DNA of 64,000 bases from Phoronis australis (GCA_002633005.1 NMRA01001025.1:1-64000), one strand, 5' to 3'; positions 12,693 through 26,669 are shown, counted from the stretch's first letter. A program made the numbers and translations. Notes: generated from the sequence alone by a model not told the origin.

Positions 12693-14409
12693 TTAAGGAG
12701 AGGCAGAATAAAGGGACAATTCGAGCTTCGTTTTACAGCCGGCGAATGCTTCTAATAACTACAATGGTTCGTGCATTATTAAAAACTTTCAGTTTCTGTT
12801 TCACGGACCTGTTTACACTATATCCCCTGAAGCAGATGATTGGATCAGAACATTTTACTTACCCAGAATCCCGTTTGGCGTACAACTTTGCACCTAAAAC
12901 CTTCTACTTTGTCAGGACTTGAATTTTTTTAGTGTTTCATTCGTTTCCAATGTACTCTTCTCATTTCACCACTTCTATGATGTTAGCCACGTGTGACGTA
13001 TTTGACACTACATAACTATTTTATCTTCAAGAACAACACACACTCAATACGCGTAGATGTGAGTCTCAAGAAGCCTGAGGTTTTGTTTAAGTGAGGGGGT
13101 GCGAATCAAATTTGAGGGCAATCTTCCGCCCCTTCCCTACGGTCATCTCCGTCACCACCTGGTTACACTCCAAGCCACGAGATCGACACCAGTTTTACAT
13201 CCCTCCACCTGCACAAAACCTTCGCCGACACTTTTACCTCTGGCCATCACTTTCGTTCTTTTAGCAGGCACGTACGAATGCAAACATTATTGAGGAAGGG
13301 AGGCACAAACTAATTCAACTTCACCAAATTTCCCCCGTGGTCCCCAAGTTATATTCCTCCTTATAGCCACCACTTATTAGTCTCCCCTTGTCGAACCCAG
13401 CTTCGCACCCGCTTCCCATATGTGTTCGAACTTTGTTGTTTGGGACGCAAACCTAATGGAGCCGGCCTCTTACAACTTGGATACCCAGACTTCAGCAGAA
13501 TTTCGCGAGGAAAGGTGACTTATTACACTCCAGTAGGTTTCGCTGTTGGCGCACGATTTTGAACATGAGGGCTATCTTTCATGAATTTCAAGAGAAGCCA
13601 AAAATGTGCACTGCCAAAATCATTATTTCAATCGGTACAAAAGTAGCGTATGAAAACAGTATCTTGTACCCAATGTCTAGAGAAATGCATGGAGAAAAAA
13701 GGTCACCTGGAAATGAATAAATGGAACTTCGTGTCGGAAACTTGGATTATAAGTCAAAATTCATTTATTAGGGTGTGGTTTGGGGAAATTTCACATGGTT
13801 CATATATTGAAAAGGTGCGGTTCTTAGCGAACTGGTGCGCTGCCTAAGGGGCTGCTTTTATATTCCTTGTTGAAAATAAGCACCCGAGTTTCGAGCGGCT
13901 GACACCAGGGGGCGTAAATGGTACGAGGTTTCCCAAAATTCATAATCCTGTATCAATAAGTTACCGAATTTTCATTTTTAGAATTCAAATTGACAAAAAC
14001 ATCCAGTGCACTTTGTTGTTCACTGTAAGGTTGATGGAGATTTTCCAGAATTCAAGTTCACTGAAGCAGGTATCAATTCCTTACAAGAGTAGGTTATGAT
14101 AATAAAAAATCGTTTATGAATCAATCTATTTTCGTAGAGACATAAACAATGTACATGTAAATCAAGATCCTTCTGGAAATAACCTTCATATGTCGCGTAA
14201 TATCTTGGCAACATTATATGAAACCACACGAATTGTAAATTGACTGCCGGTTGTTACGTTGTATAACTTTTTGAAATTCGTAATTCACAATATGAAGTTT
14301 TTAAGCAATTCCAGAAGTGGTTTGGGCAGATGCGTGTACCTGACGGGCATTCAGGAAACCAAAGGAGACATACAGCTGGAATTTGGGGCACCTTCAAACA
14401 TTTAAATAT

Positions 14410-14410
14410 T

Positions 14411-14472
<62 letters not shown>
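14410..14472. repeat. Compound (TA)n(TG)n microsatellite
   Basis: Seen directly in the sequence. Confidence 0.97.
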
Positions 14473-14476
<4 letters not shown>

Positions 14477-14771
14477 CGTGAATTCGGGTTCATTCCAGCG
14501 AGTGCCAGTCATGGTTAAGGAGTAAAATTTGCACTACGAAAATCCCATAAATCTTCTTTCACGATTGCCCGTTCATGCACGTTTGTTACATATCTACACT
14601 CAACACGGCCATCGAAACAACATATAATTCACAGTCTGTTCGACACAATCAGAACATCAACACCCCACCCCCTTTCATTTTAAAGTAACATATTCACTAT
14701 GAAGATTTCCACAAGAAATAATTCTTCAAGTTATTTGGGAAAAGTAGCAAAACGTTTATCCTTACTACTTA

Positions 14772-14930
14772 TTAAGGTAACTGTGAACCTTGTTTACCAA
14801 GTTGTGCTTATGTGCAAATATCTTAAATTTTGTTAGCTTTAACCTCTACAACGTATATTTTTTCTGAAAATTGAATTAATTTACTGAAAATTTTTATTAT
14901 TCTTATTTACTTGTCTATTTCTCATGAAAT
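14772..14930. mobile_element. TTAA-flanked MITE end (ttaaggtaactgtg...); related inverted copy at ~50495-50759
   Basis: ttaaggtaactgtgaaccttgtttacca versus tggtaaacaaggtccacagttaccttaa; shared ttattattcttatttacttgtc. Confidence 0.6.
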
Positions 14931-15931
14931 ATGCGATTTTTAGTATTTTATTATGCAACTGCGTAAGCGCACTTACAACTCAGCGCGTGGCGTAAGGGAA
15001 AGTTATGGAGGTATTACTTTGCTTAGAAGTAATGTCATTGGTGCGAAAGCGAGAATTTTAGCCTACAATGTTGCAAACCTTTGGAGAGCATGTGCCTCCT
15101 GACTTTTGCACCACACCACTGAGCTTTTAAACAGCCCAGCGCTATAAACCCATGTTCCGTCCCATGATTTGGCCAACTCACCAACTATATTTTTAATTAG
15201 GTTGAAATCCAACCACCCATATGTTTAACTATGCTTGAATTATACATGATGATGTACATGTTAGGTTTAATCTCTTTATATAGTTTCGGTCTTGAGTTTT
15301 TCGTTAACCAACAACGGTCCGGCAGACACAAAATCAGCAAATGATTCACTTAAGAGCCTGAAGCACTGAGCTCATCATGTGACGTCAGCAGCTGTAGAAT
15401 GTAAGTCGAGGTGCTTGGTCAAGGTTCTCCATTCAAGTGTATTTTTACGATACATACATGTACATGGAACAAGAACACCAGAGGGGTATGAAGGTTGTTT
15501 TTATTCTTCAATGTTATCTTTTTTTGAAAGCGGACAAATGATTTTTACATTTCCGCCTTAAGTCCTAACATTTTCAAACTTACGCATTTCAAACGAACGT
15601 TTATGACGAAAACAAAATTCTTCAACCAGTTTTGTAAAGTCCTATACCATCTCTAGGGTACATAATGAACCAATCCCACTCCTAAAGTAACAAAAAGGTC
15701 CCCGTGCATAAAGGATACTAAGAATTGTCCTTCTGAAATATCATGTGAAATGTCAAATCAGATCAAGCGGTTTGGAAGTCCAGTTTTTCTTTTTAGGAAC
15801 TTCAGTTGCACTGCTCGCATTTTTTATGAATTTACCGTAGTTGGCTACAGACTGGCCCATTTTTATTAAACAGTCGCAACGCAGAGAAACGTCTACACAA
15901 ATTACACCCTGTAGCCTATGCAGCTCCTGGA

Positions 15932-16050
15932 GGAGGCAGTGTGGCCTAGTGTGATAGATGCCTGCTTTCTTTACTCGAGGTCGTGGGTTCGAATCCCATT
16001 GGGTCAAATTGCTAAACCGTGAATCAGGTTTCAAGCTCCTCAGCTCGGTT
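15932..16050 (+). mobile_element. tRNA-derived SINE head
   Basis: A box tggcctagtg and B box ggttcgaatcc with tRNA-like spacing, but no convincing cloverleaf. Confidence 0.6.
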
Positions 16051-17084
16051 TAACTCTATATTAATAAAGCATAAAAATGGTTCCAAGTAATCAATGCAAT
16101 GGGCCCACATGCGCTGCCTGTGCACGTCTGGTACAACGTGTATCATGCCGCCTGAAATTTAAACAAGGGACTCTTTTTTAATTTTGGTCCGGTATAAATA
16201 ACGCCACAAACCAGAAAGTCTAGCCAAACACTTCTACCTTACAAATGTGACAGTCCCTAGTCTCAGAAAATTTGAGCACCCAACAAAAGATACTAATGAT
16301 GAAATCCCGGTGATGATAATCATCCACTTTTCTGTTCAACTCAATGATTACACTTAATATTAATGCATTTAACACGATTAATGCATTGTAAAAACCAAAA
16401 GTTATGCTCTATCAACATTACACAAAATCAGTACACCACTTTCTGAAAAAAATGGGTTCAAAGGACATATGTTTCCATCACTTGCAACGTCGATTTTCGA
16501 CATGGATGTTGGAGAGGAACATCAGACTGGCGACAGCAACACGGAATCGTACGAATGCGGTGATTTTCGAAATTTGATTCGTTTTGTTGCATGTCTTTTT
16601 TCCTTACGGTTCAGGACTACTTGTGGATCCAGGAACAAGGACCGAACGAGACAGGGTTCGTGATAACGTTGGTGAACGGTAACACCTATTTAAGGTGTTA
16701 CGACTGTCATCGATATTGTCATCTTCTCTGTTTTCATCCAACGTTACCCGATGAAAACTTAAATGAAGAGGACATTCAGTACTTGAGTGAGCACGGTATA
16801 CTGTGTGATTTATGTTGAATTATTCTGCCGTTCTTTTAAGAACCATTTCACGCTAGAGCTAAGGCTCATGCACAGTACAACCAACGGCCCTGTTAAGGCC
16901 CACTGAACACTTCCCAGACGAACTGCTCACTTGAGAATGTGGAATTATAAATATACAAAGGTTAAACCAGTGAAATCGTTGCAGAGTCACATTTTGTAAT
17001 CCGAACGTAGAAAATATATCTGAAACTAAATAAGGCGATCCAGATCCTCCCAAGGATACTATTGTTTCATGAAATGAAGAATAT

Positions 17085-18270
17085 AAATCGGTAAATAAAA
17101 CAACAAGAATGGATCAACTGAAATTTGAAATTTTCGGAGGTAACAACTTCCTTTATCAACAAAAACAGAAATAAAGTAAAATCAAACACAAAATGACAAT
17201 TGACATATAAGATACGGTGTAATGAAAATGATACATTTTTGCGTAAAAAAATTCAATGACATATTTTAAGAAGTTTTTATGTTCAATCCATGAGGTTCTA
17301 TTGTATTCAGTTTGTCTATCCAATATTGTTCTCTTTTAAGTCTGTGAGGGGTACTGGGGTGTTGGAGTTTTTCTATTATTTGTACAGAAAGATCTTGAAT
17401 ATTATGGTTTTTGGAATTGAAATGATTACCTATAGTATCAGAAATGTTTTTATGTATTATGTTAAATCTATGATTACGAAACCGAGTTTGTAGATTATGT
17501 TGAGTTTGTCCTACGTATTGGATAGAACATTTTTTACAAGTTATAAGGTAAATAATATTGTTGGTGGTGCAATCAGAATAATGTTTTATTTCAAAGTTTT
17601 CATTGGTTTGGGAAGACTGGAAAAAAGTGCTATCGTTGATGAAGTTACACATTTTACACCTAGTTTTGTTACATTGTGTGTTGCCAATAGGTTTGTCAGT
17701 TTGGTGTATATTGTCGATATTAGCTTTAACTAAATAATTTTTTAGATTTTTACATTTTCTCCAAGAAATTATAGGGGGATGAGGAAATAGGTTTTTCATT
17801 TGAGGGGAAATATGCAGTGTAGAAAGATGTTTTTTGAAGACGTGGCTAATTCCGTTTAAACATGGATTGAACATAGTTATGAAAGGTATTCTATTAGTAG
17901 TATTGCCTTTAGTTTTAGTTCTTAAAGATTCATTTCGAGTAATTGAGCGGACTTTGTCAAACTGTTTGTGTATAAGATGTAAGGGGAAATGANACACCCC
18001 AGTACCCCTCACAGACTTAAAAGAGAACAATATTGGATAGACAAACTGAATACAATAGAACCTCATGGATTGAACATAAAAACTTCTTAAAATATGTCAT
18101 TGAATTTTTTACGCAAAAATGTATCATTTTCATTACACCGTATCTTATATGTCAATTGTCATTTTGTGTTTGATTTTACTTTATTTCTGTTTTTGTTGAT
18201 AAAGGAAGTTGTTACCTCCGAAAATTTCAAATTTCAGTTGATCCATTCTTGTTGTTTTATTTACCGATTT
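17085..18270 (-). mobile_element. Penelope-like element (GIY-YIG endonuclease end) with an inverted pseudo-LTR
   Basis: Encodes CNKTRCKMC...NIIYLITCKKCSIQYVGQT...RFRNH...REQYWI...GLN (PLE GIY-YIG with CCHH finger); 17994-18270 is a near-perfect inversion of 17085-17362. Confidence 0.92.
18192..18231 (+). ncRNA. Putative minimal type I hammerhead ribozyme in the PLE pseudo-LTR (mirror copy at 17124-17163, - strand)
   Basis: uuug-UUGAUAA-a-ggaag(uuguua)ccucc-GAAA-auu-u-caaa: stem I uuug/caaa, U3-A8 variant core, palindromic AAUU stem III. Confidence 0.55.
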
Positions 18271-20888
18271 GTAATCCGAACAAAATTAATAATAATATTC
18301 TAAAACAAAAACGTTATATAAGTATCTTAAGATATCAATTCAGAACGATTCAAACTTTGCAGTATTCAGGCTACGCAATACGCCAGGCGACCACTTAGCC
18401 GACCCAAGTGCCGACCACAGAGGCGACTCAGCAGACGGCTCCTAGCCGACCGTTGTTAGTCGGCTGCTGGTCGGCTAGACGACCGGTCGACCAATTTCCG
18501 ACCGGCCGGACAAAAATTCGTGATGTGAGCTGTATTTGTCGCTGCTAATTCAATGTTATTAATTAAAATGTACCGATTGAGCTTTTACACGAAATCATCA
18601 CAGGTAGTCCTATGCTAGGAATATACTCTAGGGTTTCAACTTCAATTCATTTGATTAAAGATATAAAACAACCCCCTAAAATCTTAACTTCCCTTTGAAG
18701 ATGGTAAGCAGTATAGATGGGAATAAGACCGAAAATCATTTTGTATTTAACAGATACTAGTTATTAGGAAAACCTGTATTTATACGTTAAGTAGAATACT
18801 AATTCAAAACTAATAAGTGAAATAGCACTAATCACTGTCATAAAACGCATTTTAGTTATTTTTTTTTTAAATTACAACTCGCTCTAAGCTTTTTCAAAAT
18901 TATTCTCTGAACAATGCCGTTGATTGTTTTGATGCATGTCCATGTAAGTAATAATGGTAGTATTAGTAACAGGATTTAAGTATCTTCTTAAAACAAAGTG
19001 TGGAGCATGGTTTAGTAGGCAGCATCGACTTTTGGCATTCATATTTTGATTCAAATCACCTGTGCTGTCTTCCAGTGTGAAAACAAGACATTTTAAATTA
19101 ATTTATTTGCGATTATGATTTAGGAATATGTACAACTAACTGATCACATGTTGATTTCTATTGAGTGATTAACATGATTAGGTTTTCATCCAGCTCTTTA
19201 ACACGTGCCTTCTTTTCAAATTTAAAGACAGGCTTTAAATAATGTCACATCATAGTACGCGCAAGTACAGTTATGAATTTCTTGATCCACGATGGCATTT
19301 TTTTCAGAGAATATTCCGGCAGATACTTATTCTTATCCCAGTTGCATCTGCTGTTTCCGTGGTCTACAACAATTTGCTCTATCGTTTCTAAATGCTCGTT
19401 TAATATCCTCGAAGCTCAGCAGAAAAAATAATATATTCTTAAAAAGATTGAGGGATCAAAAATATGTAAGATGAGACAATGTAATCATCAAGTCATCCAA
19501 TGACCCAATTCACTGAAAAACACAAAAAGAGTGACTACAGTCTGTGAGGGTGTGACAAAAATGCTTAATAAAGTAGGTGACAGGTTCCTACCCTTAAGAA
19601 TGCCCAGTATCGGCTTTTTCAACACAAAACACAGTATACAGGTAGCAGGTCAGGGCAGAAATAACATGTTGATTCCAGCGCAATGGCAACTTGACATGTA
19701 TTCCTTTAGGTCTCTTGTTATTCATACTCTAGAGCACCTTAGGAATTCTTTTGTACGAATAATTTTGCATCTTGAATTTCCCAAAAGCTAAGCTTTTCTT
19801 TACAAACACGGACTACCAACAGGTTACAAATTTCAATCCACAGCAAAAAAAAAATTAATGAAATTTCAATTGCACTCACAGTGTATGTGACGGTGACGCA
19901 TATAGTTTAGTTATTATCATGGCTAATTGTTCCATCTGCATGCTTTGACATCGTTACCCATGGTTAGTAAGCTTACTGTAATTTTCTGTTTGCACTGTCC
20001 AGAGAAGTGTCAACGGAGTCTGAACCAAAACCTGTATCTGCAACACCTACATGTACATATCCCCAGTTTGTTCCCAGGTATTCTAAAAATATTTTTTTCA
20101 GTGAATGTGTGTAGTCGACTTATATCTTCACCTACTAATACTTGTGGCCGCGCCAATACTTAACATGGATATTTGTCTTAGTTGAAAACTCAATGTTTGT
20201 GAGGTCACAAATTTAAATCACATGATTCCACCTTGCCATTGTTTCAAATATTACTGAACTTGTACTCAATAAGCCTTAAACTCGCTTGGACTAAATGCTT
20301 GTATTTTCATCAGGATTCTGCACTGCTAACTTTGTTTATTCTACCCTGACCTTGATTTTAGTCTACCTAATTAGCTGTTGAATTCTTGTGTCATTATTGT
20401 AACTTGTGGAACAGAACTTACTCTGGACTTACTCGCTAAGCATAATCATTAAAACATGTTGAAAGTAACATACTTATAATCAAAGTTTTTGTTGACTTTA
20501 TCTTTAAAGATACAGTGTATGACTGTGCTCGTTTTTGAGAAGCCTGTGACCTCACAACTAGTCACATCAACACCTAGTGGTTTGCATCCATCGAAATTAC
20601 CAGGTATGAATGTGTTATTCAAGGTGAGTACTTGTACACCACATTACTGAGTTATTTGCTGACAGTGCTTTAGGGATACGGAATGTTGAGACTCTTAAAT
20701 TTTATAGCCATCTGCTCATTTGACTATGTCTCTGACTAATATGAGTTTCTAAATTACAAAGTATCTGTGGCCTAGGTTATATCACCCGATTAAAATACCC
20801 CTGTAAGGGGGAACAAGGCAATCAAACGTACGCTTTTTGAATCAAATATACGAACCACTTCCTCCATCGTAGTAACACTTGAATCTAA

Positions 20889-21205
20889 GGTGGAGAAACC
20901 AAGAGACCGTTCCTTACCAGATTCAAAGAACATCTGAAACAAGACAGACCAACATTTGTGGGGGAACATATTTTGGCGACTGGGCACACCATCTCTCTTG
21001 CGTCATCCAGGATCCTAGCTAAGGAACAAAATTGGCATACCCGTAAGCTCAAAGAGGCCATAAACATCAACAGTCTGCGCCCCCTCCTGAACCGGGACAG
21101 AGGACTCCACTTAACACCCGTGTACTCAGCATTCTGAACAAGCGAAAGGCGGGAAATCCCACATTCATCGACAAAGACCTTGCTGACCAGGTCGCAACGT
21201 CTGCT
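20889..21205 (+). mobile_element. Second Penelope-like 3' remnant (GIY-YIG C-terminus plus decayed hammerhead)
   Basis: With a frameshift: GETKRPFLTRFKEH...EHILATGH...ILAKEQNWHTRKLKEAINI...LNRDRG; followed by gacaaagacc...ggtcgcaacgtc. Confidence 0.8.
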
Positions 21206-22533
21206 AACAACCAACCACGTCTCTAAGTAAGTTACTTTTGACATGTACAATACCTCTAGAGACCAATGACGAACCTATTCTCCTGTATTATGGCTTAGAT
21301 TTTATGTAATTAAAAATTAGGTGAAGTCATTGCAGTAAACGTGGCCATCTGAACCAAAATGCACTGACTACATGGACTTTGGGCTCACTGAATACATTTG
21401 ACCCCAGAATTCCAATAAACCTTGGTCAGGAATTTTGGGGGATTTTTGGATCTGTAAAAAACTTCCAATGAAGCTTTTCAGAGAAATTCAGCAGCCTACA
21501 AACACCAAAGTTGGGGGTTTAGCTAATTGCACTTGCAATACTCGGTCATTTAGTAAACGGTGAATATGCAGTCGTCATGTATCACCCTGAGATGCATTGC
21601 AGTCAATACTAGACTACGTAAATTCTACGTACAGTCACTATGCATTGAAATGTTTTTAGGAAAATGTTGGTGTTCATGTTAACCATACGCCAGTCAGTTA
21701 GCCAGACGATTTTCATTCAGTAAACAATAATACATGAATCGAAGGTTTCCGTTAGAAATGCACAAATAAAATCCTAGGCAAAAAGCAGATTAGGTAACAC
21801 TTGAGGTAGCATAAAAACCAAATAAATCGATGACTTATTTCAGAAATGGGGCTACTTTGAGCCAATCGAGGCGGCGATGTCCTTTCGAAATCAGTCATCA
21901 CTATTTCGCTTCCAGCGGCCTTTCCCTCTCTGAGGTCATCAGGTCATTCCCAAATAAGGCAACGCAATGCATTTTGGAACTGTAATGTCGGACTTGACGA
22001 GCACGAAGGCGTGTCTTTTTGGTCAACTTTCAAACGTAAAGAAAAGTACTCCTAACTCATCTAAGACTCACTATATTTACGAAACCTACAAAAAACGTGT
22101 ACGCCACGACATGATACAGGTTTCATACAAGATGAGTAACGTTTGCTTTCTTTTTATACTATTTTTCACGTACCAAGCCACTTTAAAAATATTGTTCCTC
22201 CAATCACTTTGGTCTTTTGTCAACATGTTGATAACGTCATTTTCGAGGGAATGTGTCTCATATTGTTTGAATATGTCCTGGTTTTTCGAACCAAGCCTTC
22301 AAAAATCAAGAGTACGGCCGTGTTTCCTCAAAATGTTCTTAAAAGTCGATAACTAAAAAAATAAGACCATCCATTTCTTGAGGCTCCGTTCGGCGAATAA
22401 AATGACGCGGTGAAGTGAACTTCCAAAACCTGGGCCTGGTGACCAATCATTTTACTTGAAATGGATCTCGAAAATTATTTATGTGATGTTCTATTCTACT
22501 TTTATTCGAATTCAAGATAAGTGTATATTACTA

Positions 22534-23888
22534 TACGCATGAGTTACGTGGATAACCGTCTAATCCCAATTTGCACCTGGTGATCCCAACATTAAGGGAT
22601 AAGTTCAAATCTGAACTCGAAATTTTCAGTATTTAAGGTCAGGCTGGGCAGTGTTTTAGCGAAATCTGCAAATGTTGATGGATTTCAATGAAATCAGGAA
22701 GGATGTTGTTCGTGATATGGCGATCACGAAACAAATAAGTTTGAGAAAAAAACATTCAGTTGCCATGGCAACACCAAAAATTACGCAACATCGGTACTCC
22801 ACGAGAAACGCTATAAGTCATAAACCTGTAGACATTTTACTGATCTGTTTTCTCTGCATTATAATAAAAGTATAGATCTACAAAACTACATAAGGTTTAA
22901 CGTTCTGCGTTGAACAGTCAAAACTAAAGTCCGTGTTTGACGGGGTGATTTTATTTACTAATTCTACTTGGAACCTCAGCGAAAACTCCTTGTGAGAACC
23001 GTGTGAGAACTTTAACTCTATGAAAATACAAAAAATACTCTAAATACATGACAATATATAAAACCGAATCTAAATTAAACTGTTAACAATAGTCACTCTA
23101 AGAAACTAGTCAAAATTACTCAAATCTAACTGAATCGGTATATGAACTTTAAATCACATTTACCAAACAAAACTTATTATATCCTAGAACATTTCATAGC
23201 TCATAAACTCTAATGAGACTTACAGAAATTGTTCCCTTTGTTCTTATCCACGCATGAGCATCCAATTCTTGTTTTGTGTATCAGTATGATCCTTGTCAGT
23301 GACTGAATGCACTCTTTGAAACTCCACGGGCTCAGTGATCTAATACTTGATTCTCTAAAGTTACTGAGCTTCCTCGTCTCCTAACTTTTTCATTTGAGAA
23401 TGACGCTTATTTCTGCTCCAGAAATAATTATACTCTAAGAAATGACTAAACATCACATGGACACTGGTCAAGGCGTAAGTACAACAGTGTGGGTGTTTCT
23501 TAGAATCAACCCACCTAAAACTGACCACTCCAAAACAGGTTTTGATGATCATATCCCGTTTGTCAGAACTGCACTGAGAACTTAACAGAACTAAAGCTTT
23601 TCTGAAGAAATAGCGCAATACTCAAGTTTACCACAACAAGTTGTTTACAATAACAAGTCCTGTTCTAAAATATTTGTGACTTTCAAAATAGTTACCTGAT
23701 AATAATTAACACATTAGTTATAAATTTAATTATCTATTTATAATAAATCGTTTTATAATTCTAACATTTTTCATCAAAAATGTAAACATAAGGAAATTCA
23801 AAGTTTCTTGATAAGTAAGTTTTCACTCAAGTTTCTAGTTCGAATTTAAGCGGGGGTCATCAAGTGCAAATTTGGACTAGATACTCGT
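22534..23888. mobile_element. Degenerate TIR element, possibly Tc1/mariner-type MITE
   Basis: tctaatcccaatttgcacctggtgatccc near 22560 is inverted to gggggtcatcaagtgcaaatttggactaga near 23852; ends are TA-flanked (tatacg / cgtata). Confidence 0.5.
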
Positions 23889-26436
23889 ATACATGTACAT
23901 TAACCATTACATACTAGAGCACAAACTAAAAGACACTTCTGTTGACTTCGCACAAAACGGGAAATGCGACAATTACAATAATTTCGAATACAAAGATTAG
24001 ATCGCGGGCCCTGTTATCAGGCAATAATGACCAGACGTCCGAAGTTCAGAAATAAAATACAGTTTGACTAGAGAACAATTTGAAATCAATTTCATAACAG
24101 CAGGTGTTATAAAATAAAACCTCGTGATTGTGGGCGGGTGGCGGAGTTAACTATAGCCTCCTCTCACCTTGTCTACATGGGACCATTAAGAAACGATTAA
24201 ATCAATTCAATTTTGTCAAGTTATTCTTATTTGAAATGTATTCCATGACTTAATGACGTCCTGTACTGCGGGAGCGCGTTCAGTACCTACACGACGCTCG
24301 TGAAAAAGCAATACTTCACAAGAGAAAGCCGAGTTTTGCACGAGTACCAGACTGGCAGGTTTGGTAGCGTATATTATTGACCGAGAGCCGAAAAACTGCA
24401 AAATAGCGTCGCTATTATAGAGTCCCTAGTAAAGCAGGCAGTTCTGAGGACATTTTTACACAATGCAAGCTTGTCAAATGATTGGCGAGACATGACCAAC
24501 TCAAGTGAAATGTAGCCTTGTCCATGACATACGAAACTACATCGCCATTGTCGTCTGCGATAATGATTTTTGTGCCATTGAGATTCGTGGGACATTTCGT
24601 GATATACAACTAAAAATTCATATCTAAAAACACTTTCATACATTCTGCTAGTTTTTGAAAAATGACATCTTGTTGAAAGCTAGTCATCCTGACTTTTGGC
24701 TATGTTGCTTTACGTTGAATTTGTGTTATCCTGTTTTTGACTACACAAAGTTGTAATGAATATCTTCAAAACTGACATTTCCAGAATTTAGTCACGCGGA
24801 TATTATTTATTGAGTGATTAATGTGCTCACAATTCCCCTTGAAGTTCAACGACAATTATGAGCCTTTTAATCATTAAATAAGTAACATCTGGTTGACTAA
24901 TTTCTGTTGAAATCAGAGTACAGAGTGGTAGATAAAGATGTATCTCACTAAATTTCACAGTTATATATTTGTGAAAATAATTTGTAAACAGTTTTGAAAA
25001 TGTAACTTACAGTATGCCGCTGTCGTTCAAGATGGCCAACCCGATACAAAATAGTGACACAAATTTCGCCACAATACTTGCAACAACCTTGTATTGCTTA
25101 ACCCGTACAATGTACTTGGCAATAACTAAGCTTCATCGAAGATATGTATAGAAGTAAAACAAATGGATCCATGAAGAAAGGAAGCGCTTTTTAAGTGATA
25201 GTTTTAAGTGTGGAATGTATTTTTGACGAGGTGAAACTCGATATCAGTGGCCGGATATAGCTTGACGAAATGGTACAGAAAGCAATGGGAACTTATTCTA
25301 GCCCCTAACCGGCCAACCGAGGGGCTACATGTTGACTAGCCCCTGTCCTACCAGCCCCGTTGATAACCTTTATACCTCGCCGACGGGTCTCATCCTTAAA
25401 GCAGACGGCGATTGTCACAAGATATCCCACTTATACCCAGGGAAGTGGTGAAATGGCGAGGGATTGGTTTGGGTCTGAGGGATCATTAGAATCGAAAGAA
25501 ATCGATCGTTAGAAAAGCCATCAGTGGCTACAAATAATAGATAAGGGAAGTACCGTTTGTCCAGGACAATTAACGACGAACGGGAAGGAGTCTACTGGGT
25601 ATAAACTTGTCTAATCAGGAAAACTTACGAGTGAATGTACTGTTGCTTGAGGCTGGGCCAACAGGAAGCTGGAGAGAAAGAACAAACAGCGCAACCATCA
25701 GACTTGGTAAGAACTAACCAGGAGTTGGATATGAAGCATGAAGGGCTCTATAATGGTATTTGCCCAAATAATAGGATTTATGTCAGAGTGCCATAAATCT
25801 CACTATTGCAATTTCCTACGCGATATAGATCTATTTTCCCGCTCAACTAAAAATAAAAAACGGAAAGTTTCACGGGGATTTCGTGGATACGCAAATTCCC
25901 GTTCAACTAAAAAACGCTGTCCAGGCACCCCCGGGTGTTATGTCTCTCTTTCGACAAAAATGTTGTCGAGACACTTTTGTGTTGCAGCGAACATTCTACT
26001 CTTGCGTTTTGGCTTAGACCCAGAAATCCGACGTCCTGCTTTTCAATTCAGTTGCCTCGTTCTTTCATTCTCAAATGTTGACCGTGACAGCTATGAAACA
26101 AGCGTTCAAAATAGCATTGCTTCTTTCTTATGGATGTTGTTATTTTCATAAATCCGATTTTTTGGTAACTTAACAATCGTAAAAATGTGCTTCATTATCT
26201 CTTCTTTAAGTAACATACACTACACGTATCAGTATCATTAATTTTACTTTCTGAAGAAATGAGTTTTCTAAACTTCCATGGAAAGTTCAACATTGCAACC
26301 ATGTAGCCTAACGAGTTATCCACACTACACTTTAAAGCTACTCAATAGATGTTTGCCCATTTTCGCTCATCAGAAATCTTTGTCTGCAAATTTCGGACAG
26401 GAGTAATTATTGCACTGCGCCCTGGATTTTTACTGA

Positions 26437-26440
<4 letters not shown>

Positions 26441-26470
<30 letters not shown>

Positions 26471-26517
26471 NNNNNNNNNNNNNNNNNNNNNNNNNNNNNN
26501 NNNNNNNNNNNNNNNNN

Positions 26518-26576
<59 letters not shown>
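26441..26576. repeat. (GA)n-gap-(TA)n-(GA)n microsatellite just upstream of SQLE copy B
   Basis: Seen directly; contains an N gap. Confidence 0.95.
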
Positions 26577-26580
<4 letters not shown>

Positions 26581-26657
26581 CGTCGAAGTTGAAAAAGTTT
26601 TAGTGACCGTAATTTCCTTATCAAACCAACAATGGAACTAACGAATGCAAACAAATC

Positions 26658-26669
26658 CCACGCATGCGC
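26658..26669 (+). promoter_or_regulatory. NRF1/EWG-like GCGCATGCG element in the putative SQLE-B promoter
   Basis: CCACGCATGCGC in a CpG-rich patch ~120 bp upstream of the ATG; motif match only. Confidence 0.3.

Larger units (their letters stand above)
1..14390 (+). repeat. Segmental tandem duplication unit A (paralogous to about 38212-50480)
   Basis: Introns and 3' flank align by eye: 1-~7760 with 38212-~48435, and ~13095-14390 with ~49205-50480 (shared gagatcgacaccag and gcagatgcgtgtacctgacgg). Copy-specific insertions interrupt the alignment. Confidence 0.9.

Noticed and set aside
15932-16005. Possible tRNA gene (also the cores at ~6880-6945 and ~28015-28062)
   Set aside because: A and B boxes are present, but acceptor and anticodon stems do not pair; these are tRNA-derived repeats.
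17994-18066. N-terminus (MRFYCIQ...) of the 266-aa ORF 17266-18066
   Set aside because: It is the antisense reading of the inverted arm joined through an N; it is not part of the PLE protein.
19140-19790. Coding-like - strand stretches
   Set aside because: Interrupted by stops with no identifiable motif; cannot be assigned.
25340-25750. Possible solo LTR (TG start, TATA-like gggtataaa)
   Set aside because: No CA end, TSD, PBS or second copy could be identified.
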